64,000 nt of DNA from Chiloscyllium plagiosum. Taxonomy: Eukaryota. The notes under the pieces are model-generated. The model was given only the letters and a program-made list of their open reading frames with translations, did not search any database and had not been told where the DNA came from. The first letter of the stretch is position 1, and each line of letters opens with the position of its first letter. The stretch is taken from the NCBI RefSeq assembly GCF_004010195.1, contig NC_057751.1:14986373-15050372 (forward strand), in the 5' to 3' direction. Made by a program: the position numbers and the translations under genes. Below are positions 49,747 to 60,785 of the stretch, one piece after another.

Positions 49747-49895
49747 GACCCAAGACACACTTGTGCCACACAGCCAGGTGCACATGTGACTACTATCTGG
49801 CTCTCTGTCTGCTCCCATTCCCAGTTTGGGAGAAGTACAAGAATCATCCCTTGAAACATTGTTCCAAGGACATACAGTGTTTTTTTACTACCTGA
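49747..49895 (+). CDS. sPLA2-like last coding exon with C-terminal Cys extension
   Basis: attcag|; PKTHLCHTARCTCDYYLALCLLPFPVWEKYKNHPLKHCSKDIQCFFTT*; CxxxxCxCDxxxAxC motif with D99. Confidence 0.85.
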
Positions 49896-50169
49896 AGAAG
49901 AATGCAAACAAAAATTAAAGCCTTTCAGAATGTCCAGACTATTTCGTGTGCAGTTTGTCATCTGCTAATCTGTCTCAGTGTTTGGAGTGACAATGAGGAG
50001 CTGCTAACATGTCAACTCAAAATGGAGAAGAACATGATGAACAAACAGCGTGTCTCCTATTGATGCGACCTTTTGTATATGATGCCTCCGTGTGGCATGC
50101 TTCAGAGTAAAAGAATCCAAATAGAGGCAGTGGTGGGGAAGTGAGAAGGATAGATATGTCAACTGGTCA

Positions 50170-50175
50170 AATAAA
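50170..50175 (+). terminator. Candidate polyA signal for the PLA2-like gene
   Basis: AATAAA 275 nt after the stop; ATTAAA also present at 49914-49919. Confidence 0.3.
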
Positions 50176-50584
50176 TTATGTGTTTAAAAAACGGTCAATC
50201 CAGAGATGATGCACAGCCTGTCTTATCATTGTCTTAACCCAAGATCATTCAATAATATTACTGAATGACAACCTGACCATGCAATCTTCAGTATCTTCCC
50301 CAGACAATTCGTCTTGCTCAGCCTTAATGGTTAATATAACTTCTTCTGAGTGTGCTGAGAAATGAATGTTTGGGCATGGGAGAGCTCTGCATTTCAAAGG
50401 TCTTCCGAAAATGCCTTTTTCCTCAGACGGTAGGGTCAAAAAAGTGTATGCCTTTGGAGAACGTGAGAGATGAAGGAATATCGGGAGGTGAAATTAACGA
50501 ACAGTGTCTGAAATACAGTGAGCATTTCCTTGTCACTGACGGTGAGACTCAATGAGTATTAATTATCCCCATAATGATGTTCAA

Positions 50585-50775
50585 TACTATGCACTGATAT
50601 TCACAGTGAAATTTGATACATAACACCCTGATGTTGACAATCAAACTCAACACTCTATATGCTGATGTTTGCAGTCACACTCGGTATAACACTCTGATAT
50701 TGACAGTGAAGCTCAGTATGCTGGTATTCACAGTGAGACTCGGAATAAGACCCCGATTGTCACACAGAAACTCAA
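50585..50775. repeat. Degenerate approx. 30-bp tandem repeat upstream of the ENKD1 promoter
   Basis: Recurring ctgat(a/g)tt(c/g)acagtgaa.ctc.gtataacac units. Confidence 0.55.
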
Positions 50776-50799
50776 TGAATATGTCATGGGATTTTGACA

Positions 50800-50960
50800 C
50801 TCAGAGGCGGAACCAGCCAGTGTTACCGAATGTGTTCGGACCACGTGAGGGACGCGGTTGCCACGGTGACGGAGGTGATGTAATGACGCTGCGTCGGCGT
50901 GTGCGACGCCGTGGACCGTTGGAAAGCTGGAAGAAGGTAAGCGAGCGGCTGTCGCGCTGA
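50800..50960 (+). promoter_or_regulatory. ENKD1: CpG-rich ENKD1 promoter/first exon with E-box (50842-50847), RFX X-box (50857-50870) and CRE-like sites; exon-1 donor at 50936|gtaagc
   Basis: Local CpG cluster in CpG-poor DNA; CACGTG; GTTGCCACGGTGAC; strong donor AAG|gtaagc; next acceptor at 53600. Confidence 0.7.
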
Positions 50961-51151
50961 TGGGCTCCTAATCCCAGCTCGGGGTGGTCCTGGTTGTTGG
51001 TGATTCCTTTCGGGCTTACACTGAAGGACCATGACTTATTCCAGCCTGCTCCTCCCCAAGCAGACTGAACTCCGAGCCTGGATACAGCTGATTGCAACTT
51101 GACTCCATAATGATACACTGGATTTTGACAATGCTCGGTTTTGTCCCACAA

Positions 51152-51179
51152 ACCCCCCCCCCCCCCCCCCCGCCCCCCC
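51152..51179. repeat. Poly-C tract
   Basis: Run of about 20 C, then gccccccc. Confidence 0.85.
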
Positions 51180-52444
51180 ACAACCACTGCAAAAGTGCGT
51201 CCAAGTCGAATAACCCCTGTACTGATTCTGACCAGAAACCAACTTGGGCCCAGGCTTTTAGTCTCAGCTGTCAAACAGGGTAAGAAGAATGGCTTCTTAA
51301 ACTGTGTTGTCCAAGGCCCCTTATGAGGGAAAAATGACCCTTTGAACTATCCATCGGTTCTACCTACCCACAGTCCTTACCACCGCAAAAACGCTTATCA
51401 AAATCAATGGTAAGAATTACACTTCTTCTGATGAGATGCCAATGAGGAGACATGCAGAACCATACAAGAAAGCTGCATTCGGACCTCATACAGCTATTTC
51501 CCCTTGTCATTGAGCCACACAAATGTTGAAAGTTCTAGTTCTTTGTTGACATAAGTTGGGCTTATAAAACTAGTTGTTGCATTTTGTGATTTGTGCATGG
51601 AGCTGGTCTGGTTGCCGGATGTTGTTAACTCATGTGACCTCAGCCGTAGTGTTGCATGTCAGTCACTTGCATTTTCAGCTACAGTAGTTAGTGGATCAAA
51701 TGCATTTATGTTGACAACCAGTGGCGTGGGACTGTACTTTGAGAACCACTGCTCTATAAGGACTTTCTGGGGAGGAAATCACATTAAATTTCAGGGTGGT
51801 GCAGATTATCTAGGCCTTTGGATTAAACAAAGCCACTTTAGTAGTTAAAGGATAGTTCAGAATATTGTTTAAAGTAGATTGTCAAATTAAAGTAAAAGAT
51901 TTGTAGATACATAAGCAATGGCAAAACTGTGGAAAAGGAATTGCCTCTCAAGGAATAAAATAGCATTGGAAAACATTCCTGTTGTGGCAAAGTAATGAAG
52001 TAAAGATTAGATTCAAAGAAGCAGCTTTCAATGTTACCAAAAAGGGTGTTGTGAGCCAGAGGATTTTAAAAATCAAGAAAACCTGACCAAAAAAATGAGA
52101 TAATGAGGATGAAAGAACAGGAGGAAGCCAGCAAGAAAATAGATAGTCAAAGCTTTTCTGAGAACTTATAAGAAAGGAATTAGTGGAATTAAAATTGACC
52201 CATGGAGGCAAAGGCAGGAGAAATTACAAGTGAAAATAACAATATGTCAGATATTAGGTCAAGAAATAATTCTTTATAATGTCATAATGGATACGCTAAG
52301 AAAAATAATCATTATTTGGGAACTGAACATTTAATGACAGTAAGGAATTAAATTCAAATTGTGAAGTTGTCATAAGGTTTAAAAAGAGGAGCTGCAAAAT
52401 TATTAGAAGCATTGGTTTTGATTTTCCAGTATTGTTAGATTTTA

Positions 52445-52574
52445 GGAGAAAGTGAGGACTGCAGATGCTGGAGATGTGCATTGAGAGTGTGGTGCTGGAA
52501 AAGCACAGCAGGTCAGGTCGCATCAGAGGAGCAGGAGAATCGATGTTTCGGGCATAAGCCCTTCAACAGGAATC
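52445..52574 (-). mobile_element. Penelope-like family A-related element, hammerhead core mutated
   Basis: Minus strand reads ttc-CTGTTGA-agggcttatgccc-GAAAC-ATC-gatt. Confidence 0.7.
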
Positions 52575-53609
52575 AGATATTAGGACTGTCCCCATGGATT
52601 GGCAAGTAGTAAATATGACTCTGCTATTCAGGAAGGGCAAGAGAGAGAAAACTTCAAATTAAAGGCAAACCAGGTGTATTAACTGTCGCTCCAAATTGAT
52701 CCATTGACATTTTAGATCCAGAGACAAATCAAAAATGATCAATAACTGATAGATTAAGAGTTAAGGAGACTCAAAGGAATTTTAGTGTGATGTTCATGTG
52801 CACAAATAAAAGTTAGTTGACAGATTTTAGAATTAATTTAACAACATTAATAGAATCATTCTCTAAAGTTAGCATAATGAGGAATAGTAGTAAAGACCTC
52901 ACTCAAAGTATTGTATTCAATTTTGGGCCCTGTACCTCAGGCAAGATTTAAACTCTGTGGAATTACCTCAAATTTACAGCGCAGTATTTTTCAGGTCATT
53001 AAACCCAATTGGTTCACATTGATGTTTCTGCTCCACATCACCCTTCTTCCACCTGTCAACTTATCAGTGTAATTTTCTATTCCTTTCTCCCTCACATATG
53101 TGATTGGCTTTCTCTCAAACATATCTCTGCTATTCAACTTAATAATTTCTTGTGATTTCAAGTTTCACCTCTGAGTACATAAGTTTTTCCTGAATCTCTT
53201 ATTGGATTTAAATTAGTAACAAGTTGGTTGATCCAATAAGGTTGCTTCAGGGAATCTATTGTGCCTATTGGGCAACTCAGAACAAGAAGGCATGACCTTA
53301 AAATTACAGCATTTGGATGGGAAATCGGGTTATATGAAGTGTTGAATAAGTCTGCAGTTTTGTTCGCCTTTTTGAAATTCAATTGTAATTTTCAACACAG
53401 AAATTGGAGTTTTCTTTTGTAAGCCAAGGTTTTCAAGTGATATAAAACAAACGGGAAAATGAGTTGAGGTACAGTTCAGACATGATCCAAATTAATGGTG
53501 GGACAGGCTTGAAGGACTGATGACCTCCTTCTGCTCCTGTGATGCTCCTTTCCTTTTTAAATTAAATTATTTTGACATAGCTCTGTTACTGTATTACCAG
53601 GAAGCAAAG

Positions 53610-53694
53610 ATGTCTGAGGGTCCGTCCAAGATATCTGGTCCCATTCCACCAGACCCAACACTATTCCCAGATTTCTACAAGCGTCCAATGTCAG
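53610..53694 (+). CDS. ENKD1: Enkurin domain-containing protein 1, first coding exon (exon starts 53601)
   Basis: taccag|gaagcaaagATG..|gtgagg; MSEGPSKISGPIPPDPTLFPDFYKRPMS, similar to the mammalian ENKD1 N-terminus MCEGPSRISGPIPPDPTL. Confidence 0.95.
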
Positions 53695-54495
53695 GTGAGG
53701 TTTTACCTTTTTGTTTCCAGTGAAGTGCTTTCCATCTTCCTTTTGTGTTATTCTCATCTGAGAGGAAACAAAGTTGAAAGAAGTGTTTCTGCATGCAATG
53801 ATTCTTGCCCTTTTGCCCATTCTATGCAATGGCTTAAGGTAGTCTGAAAGAACAAATTTAAACAAGAAATAACTTTTCCTAGCTACATTTGAAATAGAGT
53901 AATTGTGCAGGTACAGTATATTTGTAGAAACATGGGAAAGTAACCAATTGGAATCTAATTGAGAGCTTCATGGTGTTGTTATAGATACAATGATTGGACA
54001 CCCTATTAATACTAGGCTGAAATTCAGTCGAGAACTAAGTGCAAGTAATTGGGTGAGTGAAGATTCATATTCAGTAATTACTCCCCCAGTGTTGAATATT
54101 TCACAATATCTAATTAATAACAAATATGGTTTCAATTTTTATAATCTGATTCTGATTTTTTCGTTAGTTTAGTACTATTCCTAAAAATGACGGTTGCATA
54201 GGATGAAAGAGTAAAGGTGCTAATTGTTTTATCATTAATTATCCTGAATAGGGTTTGTTGTACAGATGGTGAGTGATCTTTGGGAGGTTTGTGATAAGAC
54301 TCTTAACACACTTGGAGGATATCTTGAAACATAACTATTTAAACAATTGTTTAACTGAGAATATGATAACCTTGAAACAAATGTTGGGCACTTTGCAATT
54401 TGACATTGAAAATTTTGCTCCTCTTTCTCCTCAGATGAGAGTCAAATTTACCCAGTGTTGTTCTATGCCTGCAAAACTGAGCTCAGTAAAGAAGG

Positions 54496-54720
54496 AGAAA
54501 GTGAGGACTGCAGATGCTAGAGATCAGAGCTTAAAAATGTGTTGCTAGAAAAGCGCAGCAGGTCAAGCAGCATCCATGGAACAGGAGAATCAACGTTTTG
54601 GGTATAAGCCCTTCTTCAGGGCTTATTCCTGAAGAAGGGGTTATGCCCGAAACGTCGATTCTCCTGTTCCTTTGATGCTGCCTGACCTGCTGCGCTTTTC
54701 CAGCAACACATTTTTAAGCT
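54496..54720. mobile_element. Inverted pair of Penelope-like family A-related elements with a 16-bp target-site duplication, in an ENKD1 intron
   Basis: approx. 54527-54620 is the reverse complement of 54628-54721; agctcagtaaagaagg at 54480-54495 and 54717-54732; + strand CTGAAGA..GAAAC-GTC. Confidence 0.8.
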
Positions 54721-54897
54721 CAGTAAAGAAGGGAAAAGATATTGATGGTTTTCATTTCTTGTAATTGTTCAGTTACAATTTTGGAAGCTGACACGATCAA
54801 TTCAGCATTAAGATCCTCATGGCTGAATGATCAATTTACAGGTTGTATATACTGACAAATATGTCTAATTGTTTTTGTCTTCTGTTTTTCACTGCAG

Positions 54898-55122
54898 CTC
54901 GGGGTCGGCTAGAAGGGAATAGCTTAAAACTAGACTTCCTTTTGGGACCATTAGCCCCTGATCCCACCTTGTACCCCTCATGCTACAGTGCCCGCCCATC
55001 GCGGCCAGGCCCACGTGTGCGTTCAAATGCCAGAGAGATCCTGGAGAGAGGGCAAAAGGGCTCTGTCGGCATGCTGCTGCAGCTGGAAGGAGCATCGTTA
55101 TATCGACCGTTGTCACCAAAAA
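54898..55122 (+). CDS. ENKD1: ENKD1 coding exon 2
   Basis: ctgcag|..|gtaaat; ARGRLEGNSLKLDFLLGPLAPDPTLYPSCYSARPSRPGPRVRSNAREILERGQKGSVGMLLQLEGASLYRPLSPK. Confidence 0.93.
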
Positions 55123-56654
55123 GTAAATGATCTTTGTAGTGTGTTGTTGTTTCTGTGGAATGACTTTGCTGATGAGTAAGCATCTGTCAGGATTGGAATC
55201 TTGCTAAGCCAAAGCTAAAATTAAAATTCTGGAACTAGGTGGAGATACTGCATTGATGTGTTATATTTCGATGGTAAGCTCTACATTTCGTTTGAGACTC
55301 TTGGCAGCCATTGTTCAGTTGATTTGACTAGCTTCACAACAGGCTACCTAGACCCTAACCACTGAAATTCCCTCTTTAAACCTAATTTTCCCTTCTCTCA
55401 ATACTGATCATGTTCACTGAGGTGAGTAAAAGATGGTGTTGACTGATTCTCAGTTGAATGGAATAAAAGACTACCTTTGGCAAATGAGGAGCCAGTTTTG
55501 CAGTGATGATTTCAAGGTATTTTTGGTTTTGACTATTGTGCCTTGACTCTGATACCAATTGAAAACAATATATCTCTCTTTTACTGACCTCATTGATCAT
55601 GATCAGTACTGGGAGAAGGGAAAATTAGGTTTAAAGAGGGAATATCAGTGGTTAGGATTGAGGTAGCCTGTTGTGAAGCTAGTCAAATCGGGGGTGCACA
55701 AACAGCCAGAATTGGAGGAGCACACAAATAAGGAGCGATGAAATGATGTATTTTGCGAGGAATATTGAGGAAGGACAATATAAGCTAAAGATTGCAGTTT
55801 TAAGGGAACTGTAGGAGCAGAAAGAGTGGAAATCTGTGCAGATATCACTGAAGGTGGTGTGGCAGGTTGAAAAAGTGGTACAGAGGTGTTGGGCTTTATA
55901 AAGAGAGGCATCGAACACAATGGAAAAGAAGTTCATGGAACTTATTCAAAACAGAGTTTGAACTTCGAAAGGAATGCTGTGAGGAGAATAGAATATCAAA
56001 GTAGGTATGTTTTGCGAAGTTTTAAGGGCACTGAAAAAACCATATCTGGAGTATTGTATGTAGTCGTCTTATTTAAGAAGGGACATAATTGTTTTATAAG
56101 CAATTCAGAGAAGATCCATTTAATTTATTTCTGCTTATGAGGACAAGTTTGAGGGGTTGGATCTTTATCCACTGGAATTTAGACGAATGAGGAGAGATCC
56201 TGAGTGAACTTGACAGGGTGGATGCTAAAAGGATAATTTGAAAGGATAATTGCAAGAAAGACTAGAACGAAGGGACACAATAAGGAGTCACATATTTCTG
56301 ACAGATGAGAATATTTTTATATTAGAGGATTGTGAATCTGTGGAATTCTCTTCTCTCGAGTGTGGCGAAGGCAGAAATACTGCAGTTTTAGAACTGAGGG
56401 ACATGGAATTCTTTTTTGTTCAGAATCTAAGAGTATTGGGGTTGACAGGAAATTGGAGTTGAGGCATTGCTGAGATCATGCATGATCTTAACGAATGGAG
56501 AACCAGCCTCCAGGAACTAAGCAGTTTACTCTTCCTTAATTATAGTTTCTGTCATTTTGTTTGAAAGGTCACTAGCCCTTAACATGAAGATATGTACAAA
56601 CTTACATGAAAAATGGTCACAATCAACATTTAGTTTGTTAATTTGATGATGTGC

Positions 56655-56815
56655 AGATGTTGGTTTTGGACTGGGGTGGATACAGTCAGAAGTCACATGA
56701 CACCAGTTTATAGTCCAACGAAGTGACTTCACCTGATGAAGGAGCAGCACTCTACAAGCTTGTGATTTCAAATAAACCAGTTGAACTCTGACTTGGTATT
56801 GTGTGACTTCTGACG
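56655..56815. mobile_element. Third Penelope-like short repeat (family C), degenerate hammerhead, partly inverted
   Basis: tcac-CTGATGA-a-ggag-cagca-ctct-acaa-gctt-gtga; gtcagaagtcaca and tgtgacttctgac are inverted; related fragment at 57939-58022. Confidence 0.55.
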
Positions 56816-56928
56816 TTGTTAATTTGATGTCATGAACATCAGTAGACCTCATAATGCTTTTTTTTCCTCATTTTTCCAGATATTCTGGACTCAGACTTCA
56901 ATTCACAGGAATCTTGTTTCTGTTTTAG

Positions 56929-57101
56929 AGAAAGAATTGAAAGATCATGAAAAGGAGAATGTGAGGCGCATACGGGAAATTCAGAAGAAATGCAGGGAGA
57001 AGGACCAAGAGCGAGAACTGAGTGGCCCCAAACCTGTTAAAGCGCTGTGGAAGTCCCAGAAATATGAATCCATTCCTTCAAAAGTGATGGCACAGTTACA
57101 G
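56929..57101 (+). CDS. ENKD1: ENKD1 coding exon 3
   Basis: gttttag|..|gtagat; KELKDHEKENVRRIREIQKKCREKDQERELSGPKPVKALWKSQKYESIPSKVMAQLQ. Confidence 0.94.
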
Positions 57102-57654
57102 GTAGATTTGGGCGAGCAATGAAGACAATACTGTGTTGTTAGCAAAATATTGGGATGGTTTTCTCATGACTTCAGGACAAAAGCATGAGATAGTTAGGAC
57201 TAACTTGCAAAACTGTTTTCTGTATGGAACACTGCTTATTTTCAGCCAGAATTATGAACGTGCCTCTCAACTTGGTTGCAATACTTCTGTGGCTAAATAG
57301 ACTCATTATTACAATTCACTCAAGAGGAGTGGCTCCTTGAGTACAGTTAAAAAGAACATCTGGAGTGTTTAGTGGAGAAATTGGATAACACAGTTCTATT
57401 TTGAAAAGAAAATTCAGTAAAATCTGTAAATACAGAGCAGATAAGGCTGTATTACTTGAGGAACAGAAGTTGAAATGTGTTTAGGTTCTAAGATCCTTTT
57501 ATCATAATTGTAAGAGGTGAAAAGTTGATTGATTGACCCAGTTTTTCACAAATGCTGCTTGACTCCTGAGGACTGTATTTTGTTACATTTGCAGATTTCC
57601 ACTACCTGCAGGATTTTGCAGATGTTTTGTAGTTTCTTTTAGTGTGCTTGTTAA

Positions 57655-59110
57655 TTTTCTTTTCATTCATCTGTGGAAAGTGGGCAATGCTGGCTTGCCA
57701 GTGTTTATTGCCTGTCCCAAGTTGCCCTTGAGAAGCTGGTGATGTGCCATCTTTTTCAAAATTGCAGTCCACCTGCTGTGGTTGACTCACAATACCATTA
57801 GTGGGGGGAATTCCAGGATTTTGACCCAGTGACCGTGAAGGAACAGCAATATATTTCCAAGTCAGGATGGTGAGTTGTTTGGAGAAGAACATGAAGTGAG
57901 TGGTGTTCCATTTTCTATGCTGCCCTTGTCCTTTGATTAAAGTTAAAAACTGGACTATAACCTGGTGTTGTGTGATTGTTAACTTTGTACACCCCAGTCC
58001 AACTCTGACATCTCCAAATCTTGCCGTTTTGAGGTGGACATGGTTGGAAGGTGTTGTCTGAGGATCTTTGAATTTCTACAGCACATCTTGCAGATAGTAG
58101 CAGCAGCGTGTACTGAGTGCCAGTGGTGGAAGGAGTTGTTACTTGTGAATGTAGTGCCAATCAACTGGGCTGTTGTATCCTGGATAGTGTCAAACATCTT
58201 GAGTGTTGTTGGAGCTGCAGCAATCCAGACAAGTGAGGTGTATTCCAACACACTCCTGACTTGTGTGTCATTGATAGTGCACAGGCTTTGGGGAGTCGAG
58301 AGGTGAGTTACTCACCACAGAATTCCTAGCCTCTGACCTGCTCTTGTAATCATGTGTTTATGCGGTGAGCATAGTTGATTTCTGGTCAATTGTGACCCTG
58401 AGAATGTTGATAATGGGGGATTCAGTGATGTTAAAGGGTGATGGTTAGATTGTCTCTTACTGGTGATGGTCATAGCCTGGAATTTGTGTGAATGTTATTG
58501 CCGCTGGTCAGTCCAAGCCTGGATATTGTCCAGATATTGTTGCATTTGAACATGGACTGCTTCAGTATCTGAGGAGTCGCCAGTGGTGCTGAACAATGCA
58601 ATCATTGGTGAATATCTCCACTTCTGACCTCATGGTGGAGGGAAGGTGAAGCAGCTGAAGATAGTTGGGCCTAGGATGCTACCTTCAAAGACTCCTGCAG
58701 AAAGTCCGGAGCTGAGATTCCTGACCTCCAATAATCACCACCATCTTCCTATGTGCCAGGTATGACTCCAACCAGTGGAGGGATTTGCCCCCTGGATATC
58801 CATTGATTCTAGTTTTGCTAGGGCTCTTTGATGTCATATGCAGTCAAATGGAGCCTTGATGTTACTACTGTTGCCTTACCTTTGGAATTCAGTTCTTTTG
58901 TCCATGTTTGAGCCACGGCTGTAATGTGGTCAGGAGCTGAGTGACCTGGCAGAAGCCAAAGTGGGCGTTGCTGAGCAGGTGCTGCTTGATAGCACTGCTG
59001 ATGACACCTTTGCTGGGGCACTAATTAACTGGATTGGATTTATTCTGCTTTTTATGTACAGGACATTGCTGGGTGAATTTTCTACATTGTTGGGTAAATG
59101 CCAGTAATAA
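57655..59110 (-). mobile_element. Second LINE family (same as 3935-5480), 3' portion
   Basis: Reverse-complement match to the 3935-5480 element (LEYTSLVWIAAAPTTLK; QTWTKELNSKGK). Confidence 0.8.
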
Positions 59111-59461
59111 TAGCAAATAAATTAATCTGGACTTAACTGCAAAATTCTTCATAAGTTTACTTGCCATGAAAATGGTGCGAAATATTCAGTCATGTTTCGA
59201 AAGCAATTCTGACATTTTGCTTGAAACTTTTGAAACCATATTGACATTTCTTTCTTTTCTATGTTACAACATGTTGTTTTCAAATTTGTGAACAGACATT
59301 TTTGTATGCTGATTTTTCTTTTATCCCTGAATAATCTTGTTAGCTGCAAGAAAGCTTGTCCTTCTCTTTCCTGCCATCATGGGGAGAATCCTCCAACTTT
59401 GTAGAACCAGGAACAAAGGGATTAATGGACAGCAAGTGTTACTTCTGTTTTCCCTTTTTAG

Positions 59462-60660
59462 ATTATAGAGTCATAGAATTATAGAGTCCGACAGTAGGGA
59501 GATAGGCCCTTTGGCCCAAACTGGTCTTCACTGACCTAAATGTCCATCAAAGCTAACCCCATTTCCCTGCACTGGCCCCATATCCTTGTGCAACTTTCCT
59601 ATCCATGTATTTATCCAAATGCCTTTTTAATGTTGTGAATGCACCTGCCTCCTCCACTTCTGCTGGCAGCTCATTACATATGCATTCCACACTCTGCTTA
59701 AAAATGTTATCCCTCAGATTCCCTTTTATTCTTTCCCCTCTAACCTTCAACTAATGTCCTCTAGTTGTCGATGCCTCAGCCCTGGGAGAAAGACTGAGTG
59801 CATTCACTCTGTCCATGCCTCTCATGATTTTATACGCCAATATAAGGTTTCCCCTCTGCCTCTTATGCTGTGAAGAAAAAAAGTCCTTGCTTGTCCAACC
59901 TCTCCCTATAACTCAGACCACTGAGACCAGGCAACATCCTTGTAAACTTCTTCTGCACTCTGCAGTTTAATAACATTCTTTCTATAGCAAGGTGACCTAA
60001 ACTGAAACAATACTCCAAGTGTGGCCTCACCAACGTGGTGTACAACTGCAACATAACTTGCCAACCTTTTATACTCCAATCCCTGACCGATGTAGGTCAG
60101 TGTGCCTGTGATTGAATTTTGCCCCTTCCTCTGTCCTGCTTGAGGAAATTGTCCTGAACACACTTAACAAATTTCACCCCATCTAAGCCCTTACCGCTCT
60201 GGCAATCCCAGTCTATGTTAGGAAATTTAGGAGGAAATCCCCTCCTATGACAATCCCAGTCTCCCTGCCATATTTTTCCTCTAATTCCCATTGATTATTT
60301 GGGGACCTATAGTACAACCCCAATAACGTCACCATCCCCTTCTTATTTCTTAGCTCCACCCACAAAGCCTCACTTGATGATTCTTCAGTTATTTCATCTC
60401 TGATTACTACTGTGCTACTAGCTTTAATCAAAAATGCAACTCCCCCTGACCTCTTTCGACCACCTCTGACCTGCCTAAAACACCTATACCCTGGTACATT
60501 CAGCTGCCAGTCCTGTCCTTCCCTTAGTCAAGTTTCTGTAATGGCGATAATATCCCAGTCCCACATACCTATCCTTGCCTTGTGTTCATCTGCCTTAGAT
60601 GCAGTTTAACCCAACAGGCATTCCTTACTCCCTATTCTGTTCCAGTCTGACCTGTCTCTT
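59462..60660 (-). mobile_element. CR1 LINE with endonuclease remnant joined to the RT C-terminus (internal deletion)
   Basis: EALWVELRNKKGMVTLLGLYYRSPN, IGGDF and RPHLEYC motifs. Confidence 0.85.
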
Positions 60661-60785
60661 CACTTTACTGTTTCTGATTACTATATGTGGTCTATTTCTG
60701 ATTATGTGGTCACACAAAGCAGTGAGCCTATACAGTTACTGCCTTTGCTGTTGAATTCCTGTATCGCTGGACATCAGAGTGCATC

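Noticed and set aside
45903..49895. Gene symbol PLA2G10 or OC90
   Set aside because: The cysteine pattern is group-X-like but the catalytic determinants and synteny differ; only one PLA2 domain is seen (OC90 has two). Orthology cannot be set without a phylogeny.
50801..51326. ORFs with poly-Gly/poly-Pro
   Set aside because: Caused by the GC-rich promoter and poly-C tract; no recognisable protein.
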